A DNA stretch of 63,797 nt, filler included, from Octopus bimaculoides (GCF_001194135.2; 7 parts of 7 records of this genome joined end to end with filler, not necessarily neighbours in it); one strand, 5' to 3'. Counted from the whole stretch's first letter, positions 13,975 to 24,950 are shown. The notes: a model not told the origin generated them from the sequence alone. Numbers and translations: made by a program.

Positions 13975-14470
13975 TGGTTACAAATTTTGGCACAAGGCCT
14001 GCGAGTTTGTGGGAGGTGGTCAAGTCAATTAGATCATTCCCCACTGCTCAACTGGTACTTATTTTACTGACTTTGAAAGGATGAAAGGCAAAGTTGACCT
14101 CAGTGGAACTTGAACTCAGAATGTGAAGATAGACAAAATGCCGTTAAGCATTTTCTCTAGCATGGTAATGATTCTGCCAGCTCACCACCTTAACTATAAA
14201 CAACTCTAGTGTACCTTCTTGTTCTGGATATAAATCAGCTTTTTTAAGACTATAAATAGTATTGGTTGTAAATTTTGGCACAAGGTCAGCAATTTCAGAG
14301 GAGGGGGTAAAGTCAATTATGCTGACCCCAATTCTCAACTGGTACTTAGTTTAACAAACTCGAAAGGATCAAGGGTAAAGTCAACCTTGGTGGAATTTGA
14401 ACTAAGAACGTAAAGACAGGCAAAATGCCACTAAACATTTTACCCAGTGTGCTACCAATGTTACCAGTTG
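13975..14470 (-). mobile_element. Two adjacent degenerate copies of the high-copy tRNA-derived SINE (ggcgagctggcagaa head family)
   Basis: ~13975-14175 and ~14255-14470 both carry the reverse complement of the family core (gtcgactttgcctttcatcctttc...aagtaccagt). Confidence 0.75.
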
Positions 14471-15493
14471 GCATCCTTTATCATTTAGGTCATATTACCA
14501 AAGATATTCAGTAAAAGCAGAATGTTTGAATTGTGTACACATCTAATTCAGAATGGACACGACAAGTATAGCAGACATGATGAACCTCAAAAATTTGTCA
14601 TTGTCTATTTCTTAATTATATGATCTCAATAACTTGCACTTTTTTCCCAAAACAATGATTGTATCAAGGAAAAATAAAACAAAATTAAAATATGCATATT
14701 TAGGCACAGGTATAGCTGTTTGATTTTACAAATTCATAAAGTTCTTTGTCTTTCGTGGGGTTCGGAATTCCTGCTGAGATTATGGAATCAATCTCATCAG
14801 TTTGAATTTTCTACAAAAGCTAGATTAATATGTGTGAGGTAGGCCTCTTTTTTTGCCATTCAATGGTATTCATGTAACAACATACTGGTCGAAATATTTA
14901 AGACTTAGTTATGAAGTCCATCATTTTTGAAACGTTGAGATGGAAAAACTCTTGCAATTACGTTGTGTCTGTTGATGTATAACTTCTGGAAAAAGTTCAG
15001 TTTGGATTTCATTCCATTTGGGACGATTCTGAATGTAGTTCTTTTTGGTGCATTTTTATGTAGCACAACCTCTCCAACTCTATTTTGGCATACATATCAA
15101 CAACATACTGGTGCAAAAGATCTTGGCAATAGTGAAGATGATTAAACAATTACTTCGAATCATCAATCAATGGACATAATAATCCATACAGGATATAGTT
15201 CTTTTGGAAGTGATTCCTCCAGCTTGTGGTATACCAAAGTGGTATCCATCTTCTCCATTAGCAAAAAGCAAGGGATATTGTAAAGCAACACAAGAACGAT
15301 GAGTTTTGTTTATGAACGTGATGCTATTGTTACTATATTTCAAAACAATATCCCGCTTACCATGTTGTTCTCCAACCATAATAATAGCCACTTAATTACA
15401 CTCAGGAACATTGAATCGATGGACATGTTCTCCAGCTGGTCTTTTGTTGAAAGTCTGCAGTTAAAGTATATTGTAAAACATACTGAAAGCTTC

Positions 15494-15931
15494 CTTAGAT
15501 GTGCTATGGCCTTGCATGGCAGAACCATCTAAATAACAGCTCCACTCAGAAGGCTGGAAAAGAAAATATCACTTCGTGAAGAAAGAACACTGAGTATTGA
15601 ACATCTCAGAACCAAGTTGTAATTTCCATGCCTTTTACTTGAGGTCTCAGATATGTACAAGTAAAATAAGTTATACAAAATATTTACAAGTGAAGACCAT
15701 GTTCATCTTCTGTGGAATATAAGTCATGGTGGCTTAATGTCTACTTGCTGTTGCTGGTCTCATGGTTGTGCATCTCTCTATGGTGAGATTAAGAGCTGAG
15801 GAAGTCACGTTTTGCTCACTATCAGCCAATGAAAAACAAAGACAGATCCCAGAATTCCAAAGTCATATAGTACTCTGCCTAGCGGCGAGCTATTGAGACC
15901 GCTACCATCAGGGGAGGTAACTGTGCCTACA
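15494..15931. mobile_element. Probable solo LTR inserted in the Helitron Rep region
   Basis: Right end CCTACA at 15931. CTTC is duplicated at 15490-15493 and 15932-15935. Removing the insert restores the Helitron reading FYVRSFQYVLQ. The left terminus is imperfect. Confidence 0.55.
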
Positions 15932-16333
15932 CTTCTCACATAAAATTTGTTTTCGAGAAGCATTTCTTGCAGGTTAAAAGTAAGTTTTAATCTTGTACCT
16001 GGACAATTCTTGTTTTGACACTGTGTTTCCTTTTGAACGTCACCTATAAAATATATTTGTAAAAATTGTGGATCTTTATTCTGTAAAGGCTTAAGAGAGA
16101 CAATTCTGTGATAAATTTGTCCTTGCACTTTGAAAGTTGACATAAACCCACTTTCCCCTAATAATTTTTGCCCCAAATGATGTCATTTGAAAAGCACAAT
16201 TGTATGTTCGAATATTTTTAAGTAAGTATTTTGATTCTGAAGTGGTACCCAAAAGAGGATATCTTATAAGTTCTGGAGGCTCACTTATTTGTAAAAGGAC
16301 TTTACCTTCAGAACAACACATACCTAATGATTC

Positions 16334-18429
16334 TATAGGAAAGTGGGTTATACATCATTAGATGTATACCTGACTTTCCTATATAAAATTAAGAATATAA
16401 CGGAACGCTGAACTCCAGACTATCAACTTAAACACAACATTTATTCAAGGTGGAATATATACATCTTTAGCTCTTGTTTATTATGACATCTTCTGTGTGT
16501 GTGAGCATAGTTGTTGGGACGTTAGTATGTAGATGTGAGCGAGCTGTCTAGCGTAAGTTCGAAAGATGGAGAGAGACAGCTAAACACGTCCTTGCTCAAT
16601 CGCTGGCCAGCAAAAAAGAGACAGAATGAAGCGGGAAAGCTTGGTTGTTGAATTCCACGCATGCGCACAGCGTTACTACAGCGCTCTCTTGCCAGTGCGG
16701 AACGCACGATAATATGAAATTCTGTTGGAACGCCTGAGGCAGGATGGCCACTGAAAACCACCCACAAGATGTAGCACAAACACACAAAGAAAAATGAAAG
16801 AAATGAAATGTACACTCGTGTGATACATGCATGCAATGTACAAATNNNNNNNNNNNNNNNNNNNNNNNNNNNNNNNNNNNNNNNNNNNNNNNNNNNNNNN
16901 NNNNNNNNNNNNNNNNNNNNNNNNNNNNNNNNNNNNNNNNNNNNNNNNNNNNNNNNNNNNNNNNNNNNNNNNNNNNNNNNNNNNNNNNNNNNNNNNNNNN
17001 NNNNNNNNNNNNNNNNNNNNNNNNNNNNNNNNNNNNNNNNNNNNNNNNNNNNNNNNNNNNNNNNNNNNNNNNNNNNNNNNNNNNNNNNNNNNNNNNNNNN
17101 NNNNNNNNNNNNNNNNNNNNNNNNNNNNNNNNNNNNNNNNNNNNNNNNNNNNNNNNNNNNNNNNNNNNNNNNNNNNNNNNNNNNNNNNNNNNNNNNNNNN
17201 NNNNNNNNNNNNNNNNNNNNNNNNNNNNNNNNNNNNNNNNNNNNNNNNNNNNNNNNNNNNNNNNNNNNNNNNNNNNNNNNNNNNNNNNNNNNNNNNNNNN
17301 NNNNNNNNNNNNNNNNNNNNNNNNNNNNNNNNNNNNNNNNNNNNNNNNNNNNNNNNNNNNNNNNNNNNNNNNNNNNNNNNNNNNNNNNNNNNNNNNNNNN
17401 NNNNNNNNNNNNNNNNNNNNNNNNNNNNNNNNNNNNNNNNNNNNNNNNNNNNNNNNNNNNNNNNNNNNNNNNNNNNNNNNNNNNNNNNNNNNNNNNNNNN
17501 NNNNNNNNNNNNNNNNNNNNNNNNNNNNNNNNNNNNNNNNNNNNNNNNNNNNNNNNNNNNNNNNNNNNNNNNNNNNNNNNNNNNNNNNNNNNNNNNNNNN
17601 NNNNNNNNNNNNNNNNNNNNNNNNNNNNNNNNNNNNNNNNNNNNNNNNNNNNNNNNNNNNNNNNNNNNNNNNNNNNNNNNNNNNNNNNNNNNNNNNNNNN
17701 NNNNNNNNNNNNNNNNNNNNNNNNNNNNNNNNNNNNNNNNNNNNNNNNNNNNNNNNNNNNNNNNNNNNNNNNNNNNNNNNNNNNNNNNNNNNNNNNNNNN
17801 NNNNNNNNNNNNNNNNNNNNNNNNNNNNNNNNNNGTGTACATAGTAAGTCGTGTTGACTATGGTTGGAGATGTCGGTGGCGTTGGTGGTCATCATTGCTT
17901 GGTAGTTCAGTCTCCATGGCCGCATTTGTTCTTTAGTCGGGGTCACCAGTTATAGGTTGGTAGTCCAGAATCCATGGCCGCGTTTTTTCTTAGTCGGGGT
18001 CACCACTTTAGTAGAAAGTGGGTTATTGCAGCTCAGCGGGTTGCGTGATCGAATCACGTCGGGGTCACCAGTATAGGAAAGTGGGTTATACATCATTAGA
18101 TGTATACCTGACTTTCCTATATAAAATTAAGAATATAAGGGAACGCCGAACTCCAGACTATCAACTTAAACACAACATTTATTCAAGGTGGAATATATAC
18201 ATCTTTAGCTCTTGTTTATTATGACGTCTTCTGTGTGTGTGTGAGCATGGGACGTTGGTATGTAGATGTGAGCGAGCTGTCTGGCGTAAGTTCGAAAGAT
18301 GGAGAGAGACAGCTAAACACGTCCTTGCTCAATCGCTGGCCAGCAAGAAAGAGACAGAATGAAGCGGGAAAGCTTGGTTGTTGAATTCCACGCATGCGTG
18401 AGACTACGCATGCGCACAGCGTTACTACA
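16334..18429 (-). mobile_element. Short LTR retroelement (Ty3/gypsy-like, apparently non-autonomous), tRNA-Trp primed
   Basis: Direct repeats at 18072-18429 (5' LTR, begins TGTAGT on minus) and 16334-16680 (3' LTR). TSD ATTC at 16330-16333 and 18430-18433. There is an 18-nt PBS and a purine-rich tract GGCAAGAGAGCGC before the 3' LTR. The internal region is ~1.4 kb including a ~990-N gap. Confidence 0.9.
18053..18070 (-). promoter_or_regulatory. Primer-binding site complementary to tRNA-Trp
   Basis: The minus strand reads TGGTGACCCCGACGTGAT, the 18-nt tRNA-Trp PBS known from avian sarcoma/leukosis viruses, 1 nt from the LTR end. Confidence 0.9.
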
Positions 18430-18619
18430 ATTCCTTGTCCCACTAACTAACAGCAAACTTTTCACATATTTTGCACATAGAGTCCAGAGAGACAATTTTT
18501 CAGATGCATAATTACGATTAGGATCATAATTAAATGCTACACATTGAAATCGTCTATACTTTTTCTGCTGACTGGAAAGCTTTCTCCTTTTTAGTCGTTT
18601 TCACTTTCTTGTTTTCTAT

Positions 18620-19300
18620 TTATTCTACTTTTTTCTCTCCTTCTTGCAATCGTATTTCTTTGTCTTTTTTAATTTCTTGTACTTTTTTACTTCTATAATT
18701 TTCCTTCTTTCTCTGCAAGCTTATTTCCCTATCTTTATCACCTTCTTGTTCTCTTGTCCTCCTCTCATATTCCCTCACTTTTTGCAACCTAACTTTCCGA
18801 TGGTTTTTACTTTCTTCTACAATTTTCATATTAAATGTTTGAATTCTCGTTCTTTTGTCTTTTTTACTGTCTTGTGATATTTCATTTCCTTCTTCATTTC
18901 TTTCATGCTCATGATTGTTTATGGGAAAGAGAGCATCGTAGTGGCTGTTGTCAATTTCGCCACTATATAACACTGAAATATTCCTTTCTGTAACTGCTCA
19001 ACCGCAAATGGTGAACAGAGGAAGAATAATTTCATCGTCATTTTTGGGATGAACCTGAATTGCAACATTGTATAATTCACTAATGGCAGCTAATTCAACA
19101 TTACCGCTGTATATTCCATCCCAACTCATGTATGCTTGGTATTCCTGCACTGTAGTATTAGAAATAAAAGAATGAAAATACTCCTAATTATTGCCTATAT
19201 ATCGTACGGACTCTTCCTGGAGAGTTTGGTAAGTTCTGTTGCTTTTGAGCAAAAGTGACACAGCTCTGAACATACAGTTACCATCACCCATGACTTTATT
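18620..19300 (-). pseudogene. OTU-family cysteine protease domain within the Helitron ORF, with two in-frame stops
   Basis: One frame from 19291: MGDGNCMFRAVSLLLKSNRTYQTLQEESVRYIGNN*EYFHSF...GIYSGNVELAAISELYNVAIQVH...CG*AVTERNISVLYSGEIDNSHYDALFP. Catalytic Asp/Cys (Cys codon 19274-19276) and His (18941-18943) motifs are intact. Confidence 0.85.
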
Positions 19301-19699
19301 AAAGGAGTGAATTAATGAATTAATGTAATTGTTGAATATTTTTCAATAAATTCAGTAAGGGACTTCACCTTCAGTTTAAACTTTAGATGGTTTTGTGAAC
19401 AGAATGTGACGGAATATTACAACACCAAAAGACTTGAGATACTAAATGATAGCAATTTCCCCTTTAGAAATCTGTTTTTCTATCTTTGCGATAGATGAAA
19501 TAGATGAATGAGTGATTATAATTTTGTATATTATAAAAACGAAATTAATAAGGTACTTCACCTTCAATGTTGACTTGAAACATCGTCTTCGTGAAAAGAA
19601 AAGTGAATTGACTCTAAGTATTTAGCAGACGATAGCTTCTTTAACGTCTGTTCATNNNNNNNNNNNNNNNNNNNNNNNNNNNNNNNNNNNNNNNNNNNN

Positions 19700-19711
19700 T
19701 TAATTAATTAA
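19700..19711. other. Artificial assembly linker TTAATTAATTAA within a 44N+12+44N join (also 34033, 42058, 48226, 52918, 62567)
   Basis: An identical 12-mer with stops in all six frames, centred in six 100-nt gaps. Confidence 0.95.
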
Positions 19712-19755
19712 NNNNNNNNNNNNNNNNNNNNNNNNNNNNNNNNNNNNNNNNNNNN

Positions 19756-20275
19756 CCTGCAACTGTCTCACTAGAAATAAGGCATCAGTAGTGCTTTTAC
19801 CTGGCACGAACCCAAACTGCATCTCATCTAAATTGATTCGCTCCCTAATTAGTTGGGCTATGACCCTCTCTGTAACTTTCATAACCTGATCTAACAGCTT
19901 GATGCCTCTGTAATTATTTGTATCTAAAGCGTCACCTTTACCTTTGTAGCAGTTGATGCTGCTACACCAGTCATTGGGTATGACTCCTTCGTGTATCACC
20001 TGGTTTGTAATACGGGTGACTAGGCTATAGCCAACACTGCCAGATATTTTGAGCATCTCTGCAGTGATTCCTGATGGGCCGGGGGCTTTCCCGGTCTTCA
20101 TACTCTTAATTGCTTTATCTACCCTGCATTGTGAAATTGCATAGAGGCCTACATGGATATTACATAGACTTAATTTGTTGGTAAATCTAATGTTTCTGCC
20201 TGACCCTTGTGTGGAATGTACTCTATTGCAAGTAATCATGCCAGGTTGCCAGTTTCTGGATATCTTTTATCTCTT
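19756..20275 (-). mobile_element. RTE LINE reverse transcriptase fragment
   Basis: MKTGKAPGPSGITAEMLK...CYKGKGDALDTNNYRGIKLLDQVMKVTERVIAQLIRERINLDEMQFGFVPGKSTTDALFLVRQLQ, cut by an assembly join. Confidence 0.9.
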
Positions 20276-20584
20276 TCACTAGTCCAGGAAGCCACGAAAA
20301 AGTTTGTGGGCTTTGTCTTAACTCCTAAGTAGAAAAAAGTAAAAAGGTATTCCAACAGTGATCTTCTTGTCTTTTTGTATATTGAACAGCTGTTATTTAG
20401 TTGTTTATTTATTTGGTCAGAAATATGTGTACATGTAATGAATGCATTAACAGAGATGTGTCAACCGTGCTCTGGTGATAGGTGTATTTACATTTTAAAT
20501 ATATAAATACAGTTGTTATTAACATCAGGGAACAAGAAGTATATTTGAGAATATTTTTGAAATTTGAAAATTCTATAATATTGA

Positions 20585-21960
20585 ATATGATTATCATCAT
20601 CATCATTGTTGTTTAACATCTGCTTTCCATGCTGGCATGGGTTGGATGGTTTGACTGAGGACTGGCGGGCCAGAAGGCAGTACCTGGCTCCAATCTGATC
20701 TGGCAAAGTTTCTACAACTGGATGCCCTTCCTAACGCTAACCACTCCGAGAGTGTAGTGGGTGCTTTTATGTGCCAGTGCTACCTGAGGGCCAGTCAGGT
20801 AACACTGGCAACGACCACACTCAAATGTTGTTTTTCATGTGCCAGTAAGACAGCACTGGCAACGATCATGCTCGAATGGTGCTTTTTATGTGCTACCAGC
20901 ATGGGAGTTAGTCAGCGGCCCTAGCAATGATCACGCTCGGATGGTGCTTTTAATGTTCCACTGGCATGAATGCCAATCAGGCGGTACTGTTATCGACCAC
21001 GTCAGTGATTTTGATTTTACTTACCTCAACAGGTCTTTGCAAAGTTTGTCCAATGAATGAAGGGTACTCATAAGTGGGCTGGTTATACACCACTAGCATA
21101 GGCCACGGGTTATGAGCTCACTTGGCTTGTCGGGTCTTCTCAAGCACAGCATATCTCCAAAGGTTTCAGTCACTAGTCATTGCCTCAGTGAGGCCCAATG
21201 TTCGAAGGTCGTGCTTCACCACTTCATCCCAGGTCTTCCTCTTCCACGGGTTCCCTCAACTGCTAGGGTGTGACACTTTTTCACACAGCTGTCCTCATCC
21301 ATGCTTGCCACATGACCATACCAGCGCAATCGNNNNNNNNNNTCCTCATCCATGCTTGCCACATGACCATACCAGCGCAATCGTCTCTCTTGCACACCAC
21401 AACTGATGCTTCTTAGGTCCAACTTTTCTCTCATGGCTCTTACACTCTGTCGTGTATGCACATTGACATTACACATCAAGCAGAGTGTACTGGCTTCATT
21501 CCTTGCAAGTTTACACATGTCCTCAGCAGTCACAGCCCATGTTTCACTGCCATTTAGCATGGCTGTTTGTATACATGCGTCATACAGTCTACCTTTTACT
21601 CTGAGCGAGAGGCCCTTTGTCACCAGCAGAGATAAAAATAAAATCAAAACAAAAGAAAGAAAAAAAGTAAAAATTGAATTTTTTAAGAGGGGTTAGGTAG
21701 CCTTGTAGCAAAACATTTAACACCTATTTTCCATGCTGGTAGGGCAAGACAGTTTGACAAGAGCTGCACTTGGTTCCATTTGTCTGTTTTGGCATGGTTT
21801 CTACAGACAGATACTCTTCCTAATGCCAACCACTTTACAGAGTGTACTGGATGACTTTTATGTGGTATCAGCACAAGTGCTCTTAACATAGCACCAGTAC
21901 CTGTGGGGTTGCCAAGTAGCTTGCAAGGCAAAGACCTCTCAGCTGAGAGAGGAAGTGGAA
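20585..21960 (-). mobile_element. RTE LINE 3' end with tail, plus a second tail copy
   Basis: VTKGLSLRVKGRLYDAC...SETWAVTAED...RRLRWYGHVASMDEDSCVKKCH..GRGRP (21060-21625), then the tail to (CAT)n at ~20590. An extra tail copy lies at ~21690-21960. Confidence 0.85.
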
Positions 21961-22239
21961 CCAAGGGAAGTGGGTGTATCAGGTGAGTGGTTAGACTATA
22001 ATAGAGAAATAGAGATAGTTCTCTTACAATAAAGGATGAAGAAGGAGAGAAAGAGGAGAGTCAAAGAGAAAGATAGAGAGTTAGAGTGAGAGAGAGAAAT
22101 GTAAATAACATATAATAAAAATCTAAAAGTTACATTGAATATTTGCAGTACAGTAGAAAATTTGTAAGACTACTCTACCCCAAAGGCTATTTCATCAAGA
22201 TAGTCTATACTGTTACAATATACATATTCTTTTACTTGT

Positions 22240-22560
22240 TTTAGTCATTTGACTGCGGCTATGCTGGAGCATCACTTTAAAGAGTTTTAATCGAAGAAAT
22301 CGACCCCAGGACTTATTCTTTGTAAGTCTAGTACTTTTTCTATTGGTCTCTTTTGCCAAACTACTAAGTTATGGGGACATAAACACACCAGCATTGGTTG
22401 TCAAGTGATGGCAGGGGGACAAACACAGAGATACACAAATATATATGATGGGCATCCAGTTCCCATCTACCAAATCCACTCACAAGGCTTTGGTTGGCTT
22501 GAGGCTATAGTAGAAGACACTTGCCCAAGGTGCCACATAGTAGCAAAAACATGAGATTAT
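22240..22560 (-). mobile_element. tRNA-derived SINE with CORE-like segment (ggcaccttgggcaagtgtcttctactatagcctc family)
   Basis: Reverse-complement match to the full-length copy at 40600-41005. A further partial copy lies at ~23005-23150. Confidence 0.75.
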
Positions 22561-23333
22561 CAAAAAACATAGCTTTATATGAAGTAAGGCTGATAGAAGT
22601 AACAAGAGTAAATATTTTTACAAAGATTGTCTTCCAGGTAAGTGATAGAATCCCAATATTTTTTTTTCGCCTGGTTCTTATTCTATCAGTGATGTTGCTG
22701 AACCATTAAATTACAGAAATATAAAGAAACTAATACCAGCAGTGAAACAGTGGTTGGGACAAACACGAAGTATATATATATATATATATAGTTTTCCGAA
22801 ATTGAGGTGAACACCTTTCTCCATGTGATCGGCTTGAAATATTAAAGTACTTGGATATTTTCCTATTCTTCTTAACATGAAACTAATGGTAGCCTTAATT
22901 CACAAATAAAGAAATTATTTATCCACCAATACGGTGTTGAGCACTCATTCCAACGTTTTACACACACATATATATCATCATCATAAATATATATATACAC
23001 ATGTACACAATGAGCTTCTTTCAGGTTCCATCTATCAAATCCACTTACAAGGCTTTGGTTGACCAAGGGTTAAAGTAGATGACCTTTGCCGAAGATGCCA
23101 TGCAGTAAGGATTGAATCCAGAATTGAGACTGGGAAGCAAACTTTTTCCCCCATACAGCTACGTCTGTAATTAATAATTTCAATATATGTTCCCATGCCT
23201 AAGTAGAACAAATAATGAAAGCAAAAAGCTTTTTGAATGTTGTAATACAAAAACAAAGCTTTTTAAAACAACTACTCATGCATAAATTCTCCTAGGAAAC
23301 TCATTCACAAGATTAAACTATAGATAGTCAACA

Positions 23334-23366
<33 letters not shown>

Positions 23367-23529
23367 CAAACTAAAGTCTGGCATTTAGAGTGATCGTTTA
23401 AAGAATATATTCTTACTATCTTTACTTTAGTTTAAAATTTGTACAACTCAAAGACCTCCCTAAGAAAGGTAAAATTTCCAGTTGTTTAATCAGAAAATAA
23501 CACAAATATTTTGTAAACAAGAACACAAA

Positions 23530-24825
23530 TTATTTATCATGCTTTTCAGATCTATGTTTATGCTTCTTGTGTTTTTTTGATTTTTTGTGTTTCTGTTTGT
23601 GCTTAAGGCCAGCATCTTCTGTGTCCTCTGTATCATCATCTGCACTGAGTGGTCTTTTTAAGCTATATCTACTTTCGGGTAACACATGATCACTGATTAC
23701 GGTAGTTTCTCTAGTTTGTTCGCAACCACGACTCGTGTCTTCTCTCACTTCTTGCATATCTTTTATTGAAGACTTACTTTCTGTCAAAGATACATTCTTT
23801 GGTGCAGAGCTGATTTCAGAGTCATTTTTATCACTTTTCCTTGATTCTTTTCTTATATCAGATGTATTTTTATCCCTGTGTTTATATTCAGAACTTCCTC
23901 TTGAACTCTTTTCACCATCTCTATGCCTTGCTTCATGTTTTTCGTGACTACTTTTTTTGTTGTCCGATTTAGATTTTCTTGACCTTTCACGATCGTCTTC
24001 CCGCCTACTACTGGAATGAGAATGTCTATCGTTTCTTTTCGATGACTGAACTTCAGTAGATTCGACTTCAGACGAATCTTTCAACAACGTCTGTAGCAAT
24101 TCTACCTGATTATGAATAACTTCTCGTATGATCTCTGTATAAGTTTTTTTCGTAATGTGGACATTTTTAGCTCGGTACGATTGCCTTCGGCGTTTATAGT
24201 CGCGCATCGCAGCCCATTTCTCTGTTTCGGAGGAAGGTTCATTAAGCTCTTTACCTTTGGCAGCCTTCTTGATAAGAGTTTCGAAGTCTGTAGTAAGAAG
24301 AGTATCTTCTGGTAAGGACTGCATGCGCTGAAATTCTTTAGCGACTCGAACGACATAGTCATACATTGCCCGTCTCTCATCTACGCTGTAATCTCTCTGT
24401 TGAATTTCAAGTGTCTGTGGTACTTCCCTTTCGTAATTTACTGACATCGTGCCATTATTTCGATGAAACTCCTTCAGTATTGATTGTATGTTACTCTTTT
24501 CTAGTTTGATTGTCATAATATTAGTTTTCTCGTAAAAGAAACTTGATGATTCAGGAACATTAGCAAGTTCTTCAGATTTATATCCAAGTTGTAACCACTT
24601 ACAGCAGTGTTCATGTTTCTCCAGTGAATTTCTCGGCAGTCTGTGGTTAACATTGTATGAACACGGAACTTTCTCTGAGTCTTGTTCAAAAAAATGCTGA
24701 GGCGTCCATTGCACCCTTTCAAAAAGTTTACCCAAATCATCTTCACATCCCTTTAAATATTCATCTAAGTCAGTTATATAAGTTTTACGTTGCTTTAACA
24801 GATCTTCGTTTACAGTTGTAACCAT
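23530..24825 (-). CDS. SNRNP48: U11/U12 snRNP 48 kDa protein, single-exon CDS (431 aa from the first ATG)
   Basis: Long intact ORF. It has a CHHC U11-48K-type zinc finger C-x5-H-x9-H-x3-C (CSYNVNHRLPRNSLEKHEHCC, 24601-24663), the family motif RDYKRRRQSYRAKNVHITKK..TEIIREVI and a K/R/S/D/E-rich tail. The track's TTG start at 24921 is unlikely; the first ATG is at 24825. A candidate ATTAAA lies ~40 nt after the stop. Confidence 0.9.
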   Translation of the reverse strand: MVTTVNEDLLKQRKTYITDLDEYLKGCEDDLGKLFERVQWTPQHFFEQDSEKVPCSYNVNHRLPRNSLEKHEHCCKWLQLGYKSEELANVPESSSFFYEKTNIMTIKLEKSNIQSILKEFHRNNGTMSVNYEREVPQTLEIQQRDYSVDERRAMYDYVVRVAKEFQRMQSLPEDTLLTTDFETLIKKAAKGKELNEPSSETEKWAAMRDYKRRRQSYRAKNVHITKKTYTEIIREVIHNQVELLQTLLKDSSEVESTEVQSSKRNDRHSHSSSRREDDRERSRKSKSDNKKSSHEKHEARHRDGEKSSRGSSEYKHRDKNTSDIRKESRKSDKNDSEISSAPKNVSLTESKSSIKDMQEVREDTSRGCEQTRETTVISDHVLPESRYSLKRPLSADDDTEDTEDAGLKHKQKHKKSKKHKKHKHRSEKHDK

Positions 24826-24904
24826 TTCGAGTTCGGTTTGCAATTTTAATGTAATTAACGCGAGAGTTATTGCTCTTACCGGTGAACATACATAATTGTT
24901 CCTT

Positions 24905-24950
24905 CTACAGATTTTAGTCAAGTAAAAAAAAAAACACAGAAGATAATTAG
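24905..24950 (-). promoter_or_regulatory. Candidate 3' splice site of a 5'-UTR intron of SNRNP48
   Basis: The minus strand shows CTAAT (branch-point-like), a T-rich tract and ...CTGTAG ending at 24905, ~80 nt upstream of the ATG. Confidence 0.4.

Larger units (their letters stand above)
14715..19655 (-). mobile_element. Decayed Helitron: OTU protease domain + charged linker + Rep (Helitron_like_N/HUH) region, with two nested LTR-type insertions
   Basis: Minus-strand motifs in order: MGDGNCMFRA (19291-19262), NVELAAISELYNVAIQV, SHYD (~18935-18946), AFNYDP, CKIC..KESLGMCCSEGKV (joined across the LTR insertion), NIRTYNCAFQMTSFGA, FKVQGQIYHR, KRPAGEH..RFNVP, KRDIVL, ALQYPLLFANGEDG, LHQYVVDMYAKIELERL, EWQK(fs)RGLPH, IDSIISA. 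Multiple stops and frameshifts. The helicase part is absent here. Confidence 0.9.

Noticed and set aside
24826-24921. N-terminal extension of SNRNP48 from the TTG at 24921
   Set aside because: Non-ATG start, no recognisable similarity, and it overlaps a candidate splice acceptor.
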